DNA from: Acidobacteriota bacterium
GTDB lineage: Bacteria > Acidobacteriota > UBA6911 > RPQK01 > JAJDTT01
Length of the DNA: 64,000 nt
Assembly (NCBI GenBank): GCA_965263035.1
Contig: OZ253580.1
Coordinates: forward strand, 4,800,001-4,864,000
Reading direction: 5' to 3'
In this document: one piece after another, positions 31,085 to 40,842 of the stretch
How the letters are laid out: each line of letters begins with the position of its first letter
Numbering within the stretch: the stretch's first letter is position 1
Notes under the pieces: model-generated
The model's input: the letters and a program-made list of their open reading frames with translations, nothing else
Told to the model about the DNA's origin: nothing
Database searches by the model: none
Made by a program: the position numbers and the translations under genes

Positions 31085-31236
31085 GGATTGGACCATGCCA
31101 ATGCAACGGGCATGTCAGCGGGTCATGGCCAATCGCTGAGGGCATTCAGGATGCCTTCGATCGTGATTGGGGCAGCGCCGTCCTGACCGCGAAATACCGG
31201 AATGCCATCATCATCGATGGTGACTGTAATTCGCAT
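31085..31236 (-). pseudogene. Collapsed vapB-vapC relic
   Basis: MRITVTIDDD|GIPVFRGQDGAAPITIEGILNALSDWP* (31123-31236, internally deleted antitoxin), then an overlapping ATG and a VALAWSNP fragment resembling a VapC start. Confidence 0.55.
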
Positions 31237-31324
31237 GGGAACAGCGTCGCATCATCCCATCAATCCGATGGAACTCTGGGCGACCCGAATCGGCGGCTAG
31301 AAAACGACCGCTCCGGGCCGCCGG

Positions 31325-31738
31325 TCACTCGTCCTTGATCTCGGCCTCGAGGATGACAGCGGCTTCTTTTCCGCCGAACCTGGATTGAAACACGGTCATG
31401 CCTGCGAACTCGTACTCAGGGGGCGCCTCGTTCATCTCCTTTTGCATGGTGCTGGTCCGGCTGGTTGCAAGGAGTAGGTAGCGGAAACGCCGACCTTCGG
31501 AGTCCAGCGACATGATGACGACCACCTCGTTGCCGCCGAAAGCGGTCTCACCCCCTTGGGTGCCGGCGAAGCGGTAGCCCCGCGCGCCGACTTCGTTGAG
31601 CTCTTTCTCCATGGTGCCGGTCCGGCTGGTGGCCAGAAGCAGGAACTTGTCTTGTTGCCCGGCATCCTGGTCCTGGGCGGGAAGATTCGGGGCAAGCAGC
31701 ACGAGGGCGGTCGTGAGGGAGCTGAAGATCTTGGTCAA
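31325..31738 (-). CDS. Secreted hypothetical protein with two internal repeats
   Basis: Signal; LLLATSRTxTMxKE.NE occurs twice; GGAGG RBS. Confidence 0.8.
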   Translation of the reverse strand: MTKIFSSLTTALVLLAPNLPAQDQDAGQQDKFLLLATSRTGTMEKELNEVGARGYRFAGTQGGETAFGGNEVVVIMSLDSEGRRFRYLLLATSRTSTMQKEMNEAPPEYEFAGMTVFQSRFGGKEAAVILEAEIKDE

Positions 31739-32165
31739 CGTTTTTCCTCCTGTTGGGACTCACTGGGCGTCAGATACGTTTGTTGGTGTCAGTATGAACG
31801 GAAAAACCCAGGAACGGGAGAGGGCGAGGAGTCGTTTAGGTTAAGAGCGAAAATCCAAGTTACGAGGTTTCGTGCGTCAGGCATCTTGATTTCGATCGCC
31901 CATCCGATACCACCGGGGGCGTGCTCCGAGCACAACTTGGTCCCCCGGCCGATTTCGCTATAATCGGGATGAGTGACTGAGAAAATATTTCTATCGTCAT
32001 CCACCCTCACCCATCCTCCAAAAGCCGACATCAACTCATCTCCGAAGGCGGCAGTCGATGGTGGTCTTTGGCCGGGCCGGATAATACTGTGGCCGATGGC
32101 GATCTCAGACCTTGTGCCGAGTAGGCGACCGGACCCCAAACCTCAAGGAATGGAAAGGAGAGAAA

Positions 32166-33239
32166 ATGCGACAGGAGAAGTGTTCGGCCTCCCAGCGAGT
32201 GTGTATGGTTCCCATTTTGGCCATTGTTCTCTGCCAATTGGGAGTCGGCGCCCCAGCTGGGAAGAGTGTCTACGATGACCTCAGGCGTGGCCGCAGTCTC
32301 ACATCCGAAGAGGCCGTCGCGCTTGAAGAGAAACTGGAAAAGGATTTGCATGACGTGACTTCACGGACCCAGCTCCTCGGTTATTACGGCGGGAGTCGGT
32401 CTTTCCGCGATGAGTCGGCCAAGGCCGCAAAACGCAAGCATGTGCTGTGGTTCATCCGAAACGCACCGGGATCCGAGGTTTTGGGTAAGCCCGAGGCACG
32501 GATCGACCACGTTCTGGACTCCGAGGGCTATGCAGAGGCCAAGAAAGCCTGGATGAGTCAGATCGACCGTGAACCTGAAAACGCGGCTTTGTTGGGAAAC
32601 GCGTCAGGTTTCTTCATGTTCGGCGACCGAAGAACCGCGATCAAATTGCTCCAAAGGGCCCAAACCATCGATCCGTCCAACCCGCAATGGCCCGAGAATC
32701 TGGGGCGCATATTCAGCATGGGAGCCCGGGGACCGGGTGAGGACGATATGGGGCTCTCTGAGAAGGCGCTCGAGCAGCTTGAAAAGGCGTATGAGCTTGG
32801 GGATGAAACTCGTAAGGACGCACTCCTGGAGAGCTTGGCGAAGGCTGCATTTTCGGCGGATCGGCTTGACAAGGCCAGGCAGTATGCGGACCTCATGCTG
32901 CAAAATACCGAAGCGGGGTGGAACTATGGGAACCGTGTCCACCACGGCAACCTCGTTCTGGGTCGAATCGCCTTGCGCGAAGGCAACGTCGAGGAGGCCA
33001 AATCTCGCCTGATTACGGCCGGCAACACACCAGGATCCCCCCAGCTCAATTCATTCGGACCGAATATGGCGCTCGCGAAAGCACTCCTTGAGATCGGTGA
33101 ACGGGAAGTCGTTCTGGAGTATTTTGAGCTTTGTTCAAAGTTCTGGAACACGGACCGAGCGAGGGACAAATTGGACAAATGGGGCGTTCTCGCGGCAGCA
33201 GGGAGGATACCCGATTTTCGCGCGAATCTTGTTTACTGA
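32166..33239 (+). CDS. Secreted TPR-like protein
   Basis: Helical repeats; C-terminal WNYGNRVHHGNLVLGRIAL...GSPQLNSFGPNM. Confidence 0.85.
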   Translation: MRQEKCSASQRVCMVPILAIVLCQLGVGAPAGKSVYDDLRRGRSLTSEEAVALEEKLEKDLHDVTSRTQLLGYYGGSRSFRDESAKAAKRKHVLWFIRNAPGSEVLGKPEARIDHVLDSEGYAEAKKAWMSQIDREPENAALLGNASGFFMFGDRRTAIKLLQRAQTIDPSNPQWPENLGRIFSMGARGPGEDDMGLSEKALEQLEKAYELGDETRKDALLESLAKAAFSADRLDKARQYADLMLQNTEAGWNYGNRVHHGNLVLGRIALREGNVEEAKSRLITAGNTPGSPQLNSFGPNMALAKALLEIGEREVVLEYFELCSKFWNTDRARDKLDKWGVLAAAGRIPDFRANLVY

Positions 33240-33419
33240 TTTCGGGATTGCGGCGGTCAGCCGCCGGCCGGATTGATGGCTGCTGTGTTCTCCGCACTGC
33301 CTGCCTTATCATCTCATCGAAGACCACTTCCCCTGGTCCTCTGGGGGTGAGACCGTGACCGGAGCGCCGTCCACGGCCGGATGCCCCGACGAATTCGCGA
33401 CGGTCCTCATTTCGATGCC

Positions 33420-34569
33420 ATGGCGAAGCCGCTTCTCTGGTTCTGGACTTTTCTATCGATGGCCGTGACCGGACCGGCCGCGGGACAGGAGAGCTTGGTT
33501 GAGAGGCAGTTGCAGAACGCCTCGGAGGCGGAGGCCAGGGGCGATTGGCCAGCCGCCGAGAAAGCCTACAGCAGCGTCTTGGAACTGCAGCCGGAACGGA
33601 CCGACATCATGGTCCGGTTGGGGCTGGTCTACCAATACCAGGGCAGGTTGGACCCGGCCGTCGACGCGGTCCGAAGTGCCCTGACCCTAAACTCCGATCT
33701 CCCCGACGCCCACTTCTATCTGGGGCTCGCCTACTTCGGCCTCCACCGGTACCCGGAGGCCGCAGGTGCCCTTCAGGAGGCGATTTCCCGGGACCCGGAA
33801 AACGTCAAGGCTCAGGTCTATCTGGGGGTCTGCTTCCTGGCGCTGGGACGGCTGGATGAGAGCATCGGACATCTGGAGGCGTTGACCCGCAGCCATCCTC
33901 GGGAGTTGGAAGCCTTGCAGACGCTGGGCCAGGCTTATCTGACGAAAGGCAGCGATGACGGCTTCAACCGGACCATCGCCCGGATCGACGAGGTCGAACC
34001 CAATTCCTTCCGGTCCCATCAGCTCCAGGCCGAGTTTTTCGCCGCCCGGGGACACCTGAACGAGGCTGCGCAGGCGTACGAGCAAGCGGTCGCCCGGAAC
34101 CCGGACGCGCCCGGAGTCAACTTCGCCCTGGGGGACATCTACTTCGGTCTGGGGCAATACGACAAGGCAGAGTCGGCGCTGCGGAAGGAACTGGAAATCG
34201 ACCCGCATCACCCCATCGTCAACCTGGAGTTGGGCATCATCAAGAACTCCCGGCAGCAGTTCGACCAGGCCATTCGGCACCTGGAAAGGGCGTTACGGGT
34301 GGATGGCGGGCTCCCGGACGCCCACATGGCTCTGGCCTCGGCTTACGTGGCCAAGGGCCGACTGCCGGCCGCCGAAGGTGCCCTCCGGCGGGCCATCGCG
34401 CTGGCTCCCGGAGATCCGCAACCCCTACTACCAGTTGGCCCAGGTCTACCGGAAGCTGGGCAGGATGGACGAAGCACGCGCGTCGCTGGAACGGTTTCAG
34501 AAGTTGGAAGCAGGGAGCCGCCAAGAGCGGCAGCGCGCCGCGGAAGGTCTCCTGCAGAAAAAACCGTGA
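33420..34569 (+). pseudogene. Secreted TPR protein with +1 frameshift near the 3' end
   Basis: TPR pattern continues as YYQLAQVYRKLGR in another frame after CCCC at 34422-34425. Confidence 0.75.
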
Positions 34570-34845
34570 GGCCCGGCCTGATTGACATTCGTCGAAATGG
34601 GATCGGCGGCGGATGATCTCCCTGAAGAATTATACCTTTTAACTCGATCTTGCCCTCCCACGGCACGGACTCGTCGGGACGCCAGGGTACTCCTTTCGGC
34701 CTCGATCCGTTCCGCCGCTTCTGGTACAGTTTGCGAACAAACGTTCACGTTCCTTATGCTCCGTTCGTTTTGTTTCCAATAACATTTCTGGTGAGAATTC
34801 CGGGCTGAAGGTTGGAGCGAATCTTTACTTCAAAGGAGGTATCCG

Positions 34846-35718
34846 ATGCGAAGAAAGCAAGTCGTGTGTGGCTTAGTCGTTGTTGTCCTGATGGGCGGTG
34901 CCAGCCCTCAGGTGATGGCCCAGATTTTCCCCTGGTGGTCTTTTGACAACAGCGTTTTTGAGGAGATCCAGGACCGTGGGACGATCAGAGTCGGTCTGGG
35001 CCTGTTCGAGCCTTGGTCGCTCTGCAATGCCGACGGCGAGCTGATCGGCTTTGAGATCGATGTCGCGAACAAATTGGCCGAGGATATGAGGGTAGAGGTT
35101 AAATTTGAGCGGGCGAACTGGAAATACATCATCACATCCCTGCTCGAGGAGGATTTTGACGCCATCATCAGTGGTATGACGATACTTCCAAGCCGTAATC
35201 TCAGGGTCAATTTCACGTCACCGTACAACTTGACTGGCGTCTATCTGGTGGCGAATACGGCGGAAACCACCGACTTGGAGACGCTGGAAGATTTCAACAG
35301 CTCCGATGTCACGATTGGGACCCGGAGCGGAGCTTCGTCCATCCCCGCGATCGAGAATGTTTTTCCTAGTGCCATGATCGAGCTCTTTGATACCGACAAC
35401 GACGTCCTCGAGGCCGTGGTTGCCGGTGATGTCGATGCTGCGGCAGCGTTCGCGTCGACGGGGGCCACATGGGTTGAAGCCAACCCGGACACCCTGCACC
35501 AGCCCTCCGAGGAGCCGTTTGCCTTGGAACCGCTGGCGATGGCCGTGCGGAAAGGCGATCTCGACATCTTAAATTTCCTCAATGGCTGGATTACGGTCAA
35601 CGAGTCGAATGGCTGGCTCGAACAGCGCCGCCAATATTGGTTCGAGGGTAGCGAGTGGGAGGATCAGAGGGCTACCGATCCGGACACCATCGCCGCGTGC
35701 GATCAATCCTTTCTGTAG
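34846..35718 (+). CDS. Polar amino-acid ABC substrate-binding protein (family 3), orphan
   Basis: RGTIRVG, GFEIDVA, FDAIISGMTI..R...FTSPY; AGGAGG RBS. Confidence 0.92.
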   Translation: MRRKQVVCGLVVVVLMGGASPQVMAQIFPWWSFDNSVFEEIQDRGTIRVGLGLFEPWSLCNADGELIGFEIDVANKLAEDMRVEVKFERANWKYIITSLLEEDFDAIISGMTILPSRNLRVNFTSPYNLTGVYLVANTAETTDLETLEDFNSSDVTIGTRSGASSIPAIENVFPSAMIELFDTDNDVLEAVVAGDVDAAAAFASTGATWVEANPDTLHQPSEEPFALEPLAMAVRKGDLDILNFLNGWITVNESNGWLEQRRQYWFEGSEWEDQRATDPDTIAACDQSFL

Positions 35719-35799
35719 CCGGCTTGGGGTGGAAAGTATGGGCGGCCTAATGGGTGAATGCGGGAATCGACGGTGTCGATGGCTCGACAATGAGTGCAT

Positions 35800-35966
35800 C
35801 TAGGAGTCTGCGCGGTAGAAATGATCGTAGCGAGAAAGTGGGGAATCGAGGCCAGATTTTCTCGATTTGGAGGTGCATAGTTGTTCTATTCGCCGAGAAA
35901 TCGAGGAAATATGGACCGATTCTACCGCTTTCGCAGTAGATCAATTTCTGCGGCGCAGGCTCCTAG
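35800..35966. mobile_element. MITE family B, copy 1 (CTAG-flanked)
   Basis: CTAG-GAGTCTGCGCGGTAGAAATGATC ... GATCAATTTCTGCGGCGCAGGCTC-CTAG; second copy at 59694-59860. Confidence 0.88.
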
Positions 35967-36092
35967 GGCAAGCCTGTAGTTCAGTCCGCCACCCGGTTGA
36001 GACCTTTCAGGTTGTTCATGTTTCGGGCGAGCGGCGGCTTTCCGGCCGCCGCTCCCTACGAATGTCGGGGACAAGAATGTCCCCGCTCCTGC

Positions 36093-36611
36093 TCATTTGG
36101 ATTCTTCGTATCTTCGTAGAACAGCCAGAGCACGAAGCCGGCTCGGGCGACGTGGGTTCGGGTCGCGGGAACATGGAATCGCACGTAACCATGCGATGTA
36201 ATCCTTTGGCAGACCGTGTTGTTCGGCTCCGTATAGAACCAGTTTGTGATACCAGCAATAGGGTACGAGAGAGTCGTCGATCCAGCCTTCCTCCGCCACA
36301 TATAAAAAAATCTTCGTCTCAACACCATCCACCGGGACAGTCATCTCGCACTTCTGGTACCCGTAGCCGACTCCTTCATGGCGGTCGAGTTGGCGAATCT
36401 GGCCATCGTTGATATCAAAAAGGACTCCGTGGACCACTTCCTGGTCGGATTCGGTCTTGACGACGTTGCATTTGCCGGAGCCGTCGCCACTGCCCTTGTG
36501 GAAACGTAGCCGATACTTGCGCAAGGAAAGGCGCGTAGGGTTTCTCGCGGAGGACACACGATCCGTGAGCCGTTCCGTAAGCATGTTGGATCCGTATGCG
36601 AAATACTTCAT
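36093..36611 (-). CDS. Gamma-glutamylcyclotransferase family protein
   Basis: MKYFAYGSNM, VHGVLF, LDRHEG; GGAGG RBS. Confidence 0.9.
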   Translation of the reverse strand: MKYFAYGSNMLTERLTDRVSSARNPTRLSLRKYRLRFHKGSGDGSGKCNVVKTESDQEVVHGVLFDINDGQIRQLDRHEGVGYGYQKCEMTVPVDGVETKIFLYVAEEGWIDDSLVPYCWYHKLVLYGAEQHGLPKDYIAWLRAIPCSRDPNPRRPSRLRALAVLRRYEESK

Positions 36612-36751
36612 CGCCTGTATTCCTCCATAACAGACAGAAACCGAAGGGGCACCCCTTGTGGGTGCCCTCCTTGACAATACACCGACCCACCCGGCCATCG
36701 CCGCGCCCGCGTTGAACCCGGACCCGGTGCCCCGTAGAATAATCGGCAACG

Positions 36752-38395
36752 ATGCATATTCACCAATCCCGATTCCTGCCGTCCCTCGCCGCATTTGCCC
36801 TGCTCTCCCTGCTGCCTCTCGCTGCGGCGGCCAAGGAGAAGAACGACCGGAAGGATGACGGGCAGGTGCAGGCCGAGGAGTCCCAGGACTACTTCCGAAA
36901 ATGGCTCAACGAGGACGTGATCTACATCATCACCGAAGACGAGAAGGCCGTCTTCGACGGACTCACCAACGAGGCCGAAAAGGAGCAGTTCATCGAGCAG
37001 TTCTGGTATCGGCGGGACCTGGACCTCAGGACCCCCATCAACGAGTTCAAGGAAGAGCACTACCGCCGCATCGCGTATGCCAACGAGCGGTTCCACAGCG
37101 GCAAATCGGGTTGGAGATCGGACCGCGGCCGAATCTACATCATCCACGGGCCGCCTGACGAGATCGAGGACTTCGGCGGGGGTGGCCAATATGTCCGCGA
37201 GTCCTACGAAGGCGGGGGAACCACCACCGTCCACCCCTTCGAACGGTGGCGTTATCGAAAGATCGACGGGCTCGGGAGCGACATCACCCTGGAATTCGTG
37301 GACGAATCCCGCACCGGAGAGTACCGTCTTGCTCTCCATCCCGACGAAAAGGACGCCCTGATCGGCCTGCCCGGGTTGGGGCTGACCGACAGCGAAAGGT
37401 TGGGCCTGACCCAGAAGGGGCGGCGCTTGCATCCCGACGAGATGCACAACCCCTACCTCCGGGCGAACATGCGGCGCCAGGACCATCCCTTCACCCGTTT
37501 CGAGATCTTCGCCAAGACTCAGGCCGCCCGGCCCATCAAGTACAACGACCTCCGGGATCTGGTCAAAGTCACGGTGAACTACACCAATCTCCCGTTCCAG
37601 GTTCGGAGCGACTACTTCAGGTTGAACCAGGACAAGGTACTGATTCCCGTCACCGTGGAGTTGCAGAACCGGGACATGACCTTCAAGCAGAAAGGCGCCT
37701 CCCACTACGCCCAGATCGGCCTCTACGGCGCCGTCACCAGCATGGGAAAGAAGTTCATCCAGGAATTCGATCAGGACATGACCGTGGCCTACCCGGACAG
37801 ATGGATCGAGTTGGGGCGGCAGAGCCGGTCCCTCTACCAGAAGGTGCTGCTGTTGGACAACAACACGCGCTACAAGCTGGACTTGATCGTCAAGGACCTC
37901 AACAGCGACAACGTGGGCGCCGTCAGGCACGCTCTGATACCACCCCCTTCCGTGAAAGAGTCCCAGAAACTGAGCGCCAGCTCCCTGGTTCTTTCCGACC
38001 ACATGCGGGAACTGGAGGAGCTGCCGGAAGGCGACGAGATGTTCGTCTTCGGAGACGTCAAGCTCCGGCCCAGCATCACCCGGAAGTTCACCCGGAAAGT
38101 CCCCCTGGGAATCTACCTGCACCTGTACAACTTCAAGGTGGATCAGACCTCCAACGCTCCCTTGCTGGAGGTCTCCTACCGGATCCGAAACGGGACCGGC
38201 CAACTGGTCAAGGATGTCACCGACAGCGCCGGTGAATCGATCCGGTTCCTTTCCAAAGAAAGAGTCGTCCTGACCAAGAAACTGGACTTGAGCGATCTGG
38301 AACCCGGAACCTATCTGGCCCAGGTCGAGGCCCGGGATTCCTCCAGCGACGAGCGGGTGCAACTGGAGGACCGGTTTCGAGTCGTGGGGAACTGA
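36752..38395 (+). CDS. GWxTD domain protein
   Basis: EEHYRRIAYANERF, GWRSDRGRIYIIHGPPD. Confidence 0.93.
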   Translation: MHIHQSRFLPSLAAFALLSLLPLAAAAKEKNDRKDDGQVQAEESQDYFRKWLNEDVIYIITEDEKAVFDGLTNEAEKEQFIEQFWYRRDLDLRTPINEFKEEHYRRIAYANERFHSGKSGWRSDRGRIYIIHGPPDEIEDFGGGGQYVRESYEGGGTTTVHPFERWRYRKIDGLGSDITLEFVDESRTGEYRLALHPDEKDALIGLPGLGLTDSERLGLTQKGRRLHPDEMHNPYLRANMRRQDHPFTRFEIFAKTQAARPIKYNDLRDLVKVTVNYTNLPFQVRSDYFRLNQDKVLIPVTVELQNRDMTFKQKGASHYAQIGLYGAVTSMGKKFIQEFDQDMTVAYPDRWIELGRQSRSLYQKVLLLDNNTRYKLDLIVKDLNSDNVGAVRHALIPPPSVKESQKLSASSLVLSDHMRELEELPEGDEMFVFGDVKLRPSITRKFTRKVPLGIYLHLYNFKVDQTSNAPLLEVSYRIRNGTGQLVKDVTDSAGESIRFLSKERVVLTKKLDLSDLEPGTYLAQVEARDSSSDERVQLEDRFRVVGN

Positions 38396-38453
38396 CCCGC
38401 CGATCTCCGATGGTCAAATGGGAGTCCGGCGGGTGAAGACTGTCGCTCCCAAT

Positions 38454-38476
38454 CGGCGACAAGAAAGTCGCCGCTC
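38454..38476. repeat. GGCGRCAAGAAAGYCGCC REP-like hairpin family (copies near 6251, 16226, 36029/36066, 38454, 43470, 47480, 49228-49275, 49346)
   Basis: Recurrent imperfect palindrome followed by (G/C)CTCC, mostly at gene 3' ends. Confidence 0.85.
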
Positions 38477-39106
38477 GTGCGCCCGACATGGGCTGTATCT
38501 AAGGGATGAAAGATCCCAAGGGAGGTGATGGGACCAACCCTAGCCGAACCGCAAGGCGTAGCCGCGAGGTGAAGCTGAAGGAAGCGGAAGGCAAACCCAC
38601 GACCGCAGGAACACGAACCGGCAGCGAGGCCGGGTGCGGGCGGTGAGCTGGCGAGCAACAGCGAAACCCGAACCCCATCCAGACGTACCAGGTAGAGCCG
38701 GGCGGCCCGGGGGGAAAGATGCAGCACCTTACTCGGGGAGATCTCAAGGGTGAGAGCCTTTGAGAAGTCAGCAGAGGTCATAGTAGCGAAGAAGCCGGAT
38801 AATGCCGGTGGAGCGAAGGACCGAAGGAGTCGGACTGGCCCTATGGTGGACTCGTCAGCGGGATCGCAACTACCTCCGAAAACGGGCCGTGGGGAGGCCC
38901 CTCGGACCCGGCACGGAAGGCCCAAGGGTGGAACCCGTCAAGCCGGAAGGGCGGAGATCAAGTCCCAGCGGCGGCGAAAACCGGAAAGAAAGGCCCTGTA
39001 CGAGGCTCGAAAGAGCCTCGGGTGACTCCAACCGCCGGATACTGAAAACGGTACGTCCGGTGGTGTGGGAGGGTGCGGGGGCGCAATCCCCTGCACTCGA
39101 CCCGAT
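38477..39106 (+). mobile_element. ORF-less group II intron, class IIC
   Basis: 5' GTGCG; DV ACCGCCGGATACTGAAAACGGTACGTCCGGTGGT with CGC triad; DVI ending ACCCGAT; AGAAGTCAGCAGAGGTCATAGTAG DII/III motif; inserted 4 nt after a hairpin. Confidence 0.92.
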
Positions 39107-39111
39107 CATAG

Positions 39112-40797
39112 TCATTGCAGAGTGAGGAGAGAGAAGGGGAGGGGCGTCGGCTGAAACACGGGATCGTTGTCCCGCCACGGTTGCCGGCAGGCTTCTCTGC
39201 GCTGGTACCGGGTGAGGTTTTCCTGTAGCAGCGTGGCCAGCATGGAGCGTTGGGCCCGGGACACTTCGGTGATCATCATCCTCTGCACCTGGACGGCCCG
39301 ATCGAACAGGCCCAGCTCGGCGTAGACCATGGCCAGCGTCTCCACCTGCTCGAAATCGGGGGTCTTCACTCGTTCGAACACCTTCTGCAGGAGCCGCAGG
39401 GCCTGCTGCCCGTTGCGGATGGCGGCGTCGGGACAGGCCGCCAGCAGGCGAGCCATAGCGTGGGCCAGATCGGTGTCGTCGGGCAGAGCCGTCAGGCCCG
39501 CTTCCAACCGCGACCGGGCCTCCTTCCATCTCTGGGTCCTCACCAGGGCCATGGCGCCCATGAAGTGGGCGAAGGCATTGCCGGGGTCCAGCTCGATGAC
39601 CCTGCCGTAGTGCGGGATCGCCTCGTCGACGAGTTCCCGGCGCATCAGCAGGTTGGCCAACTGGAAATGGGCTTCGGTGAAGTTGGGATCCGTTTCGATC
39701 GCTTGGCGGCAGTGCTCCAGGGCCTGTTCCTCACGACCTATCTGGATCAGTCCCATGGACAGGTTCAGATGGATCCGGGACTTGGAGGCGGTATGAGGCA
39801 GGGCGGCCTCGAATTGCTGGACGGCCTCCTCCACGCGGCCCATCTGCGCCAGGGCCGTGCCCAGGTCCACGAGGGCGAGGGCGTCGTTGGGATCCTGGGA
39901 AACCATCTCGCGAAAGATCCGCACGGCCTCCTCGTGTTGTCCGGAGTCCAGTAGACGGTTGGCCTGCTCGCGCTGCCGCCAGCGTCCCGTCTTCACTCTC
40001 AGCAGTTCTTTCAGCAGAGGATCGGGATAGTTCACGGCGCCGTCCCCCTGCTTGCCCAGATGCAGCCGTGCCTTGTCCACCTGTCTCAACTGGCGGTAGG
40101 CCATGGCCAGCCGGTAGTGGAGGCTGCTGGCCTGAGGCTGGCGCCGAAGAGCCTCCTCGTAGTGTTCAACGGCCTTCGCGTAGTCGCGTCCGGCGGCCGC
40201 GATTTCGCCGAGACCCGCCATCGCGGCCGCGGATTCAGGGTCAAGCTTCAGCGCCTGCTGGAAATGTTCCGCTGCCTCCTCCGTCCGGCCCTGCTCCAAC
40301 TCGATCCGGGCCAGGCCCAGCACCGCCGCCAGGTCGTTGGGGCGCAGGGTCAGGACGTGCGCGTACTGGGCGCCGGCCCGTTCCAGGTCTCCTCTTGCCC
40401 GATAGCCGAGAGCCAGGTAGTAGGACCAGCGGTAATCTCGGGGCGCCAGCCGCAGGGCGTTCCGATAACAGGACTCGGACGCATCCAGGAGGTCGTAGGT
40501 CTGAAGCATCTGGCCCATTTGGCCGTAAGCCCGGGCCCGCTGCTCCGGGTCGGCCCCGGGGCGCCGGATCATTTGCTCCAGGTCGACCCGGGCGCGCTCC
40601 AGTTGCTCCCGCACGTTCGCGTCCATGGCGCTCAGGTTGGGGAAGGGAATCGGCTCCAGTTCGGAACCTGTGGCCTGGGCTGGCGGTGGTTCTGCCGGGG
40701 GCGCTTCCGGGGCAGCGGTCAGACGACCTTGGAAAAGGACGGACAGCGCCACCATGGTGATCAAAACCAGCCGCCGTGCCGCCGACCTTCGTTCCAT
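39112..40797 (-). CDS. Secreted TPR protein
   Basis: Signal plus many TPRs; ARLLAACPDAAIRNG C-terminal motif. Confidence 0.9.
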   Translation of the reverse strand: MERRSAARRLVLITMVALSVLFQGRLTAAPEAPPAEPPPAQATGSELEPIPFPNLSAMDANVREQLERARVDLEQMIRRPGADPEQRARAYGQMGQMLQTYDLLDASESCYRNALRLAPRDYRWSYYLALGYRARGDLERAGAQYAHVLTLRPNDLAAVLGLARIELEQGRTEEAAEHFQQALKLDPESAAAMAGLGEIAAAGRDYAKAVEHYEEALRRQPQASSLHYRLAMAYRQLRQVDKARLHLGKQGDGAVNYPDPLLKELLRVKTGRWRQREQANRLLDSGQHEEAVRIFREMVSQDPNDALALVDLGTALAQMGRVEEAVQQFEAALPHTASKSRIHLNLSMGLIQIGREEQALEHCRQAIETDPNFTEAHFQLANLLMRRELVDEAIPHYGRVIELDPGNAFAHFMGAMALVRTQRWKEARSRLEAGLTALPDDTDLAHAMARLLAACPDAAIRNGQQALRLLQKVFERVKTPDFEQVETLAMVYAELGLFDRAVQVQRMMITEVSRAQRSMLATLLQENLTRYQRREACRQPWRDNDPVFQPTPLPFSLLTLQ

Positions 40798-40842
40798 GGA
40801 GTTATCGACCGTTCTACTTGTGGCCGGAGAGTCGCCTACCCG

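Noticed and set aside
31789-32139. Possible small minus-strand gene
   Set aside because: No motif or clear RBS; cannot be supported.
34730-34780. Clustered GTTC motifs as a possible GTTC-N7-GTTC LexA box
   Set aside because: Spacings are not 7 nt.
38477-39106. Retron or DGR interpretation of the structured non-coding region
   Set aside because: No reverse transcriptase or TR/VR pair in the window; boundaries and DV/DVI identify a group II intron.
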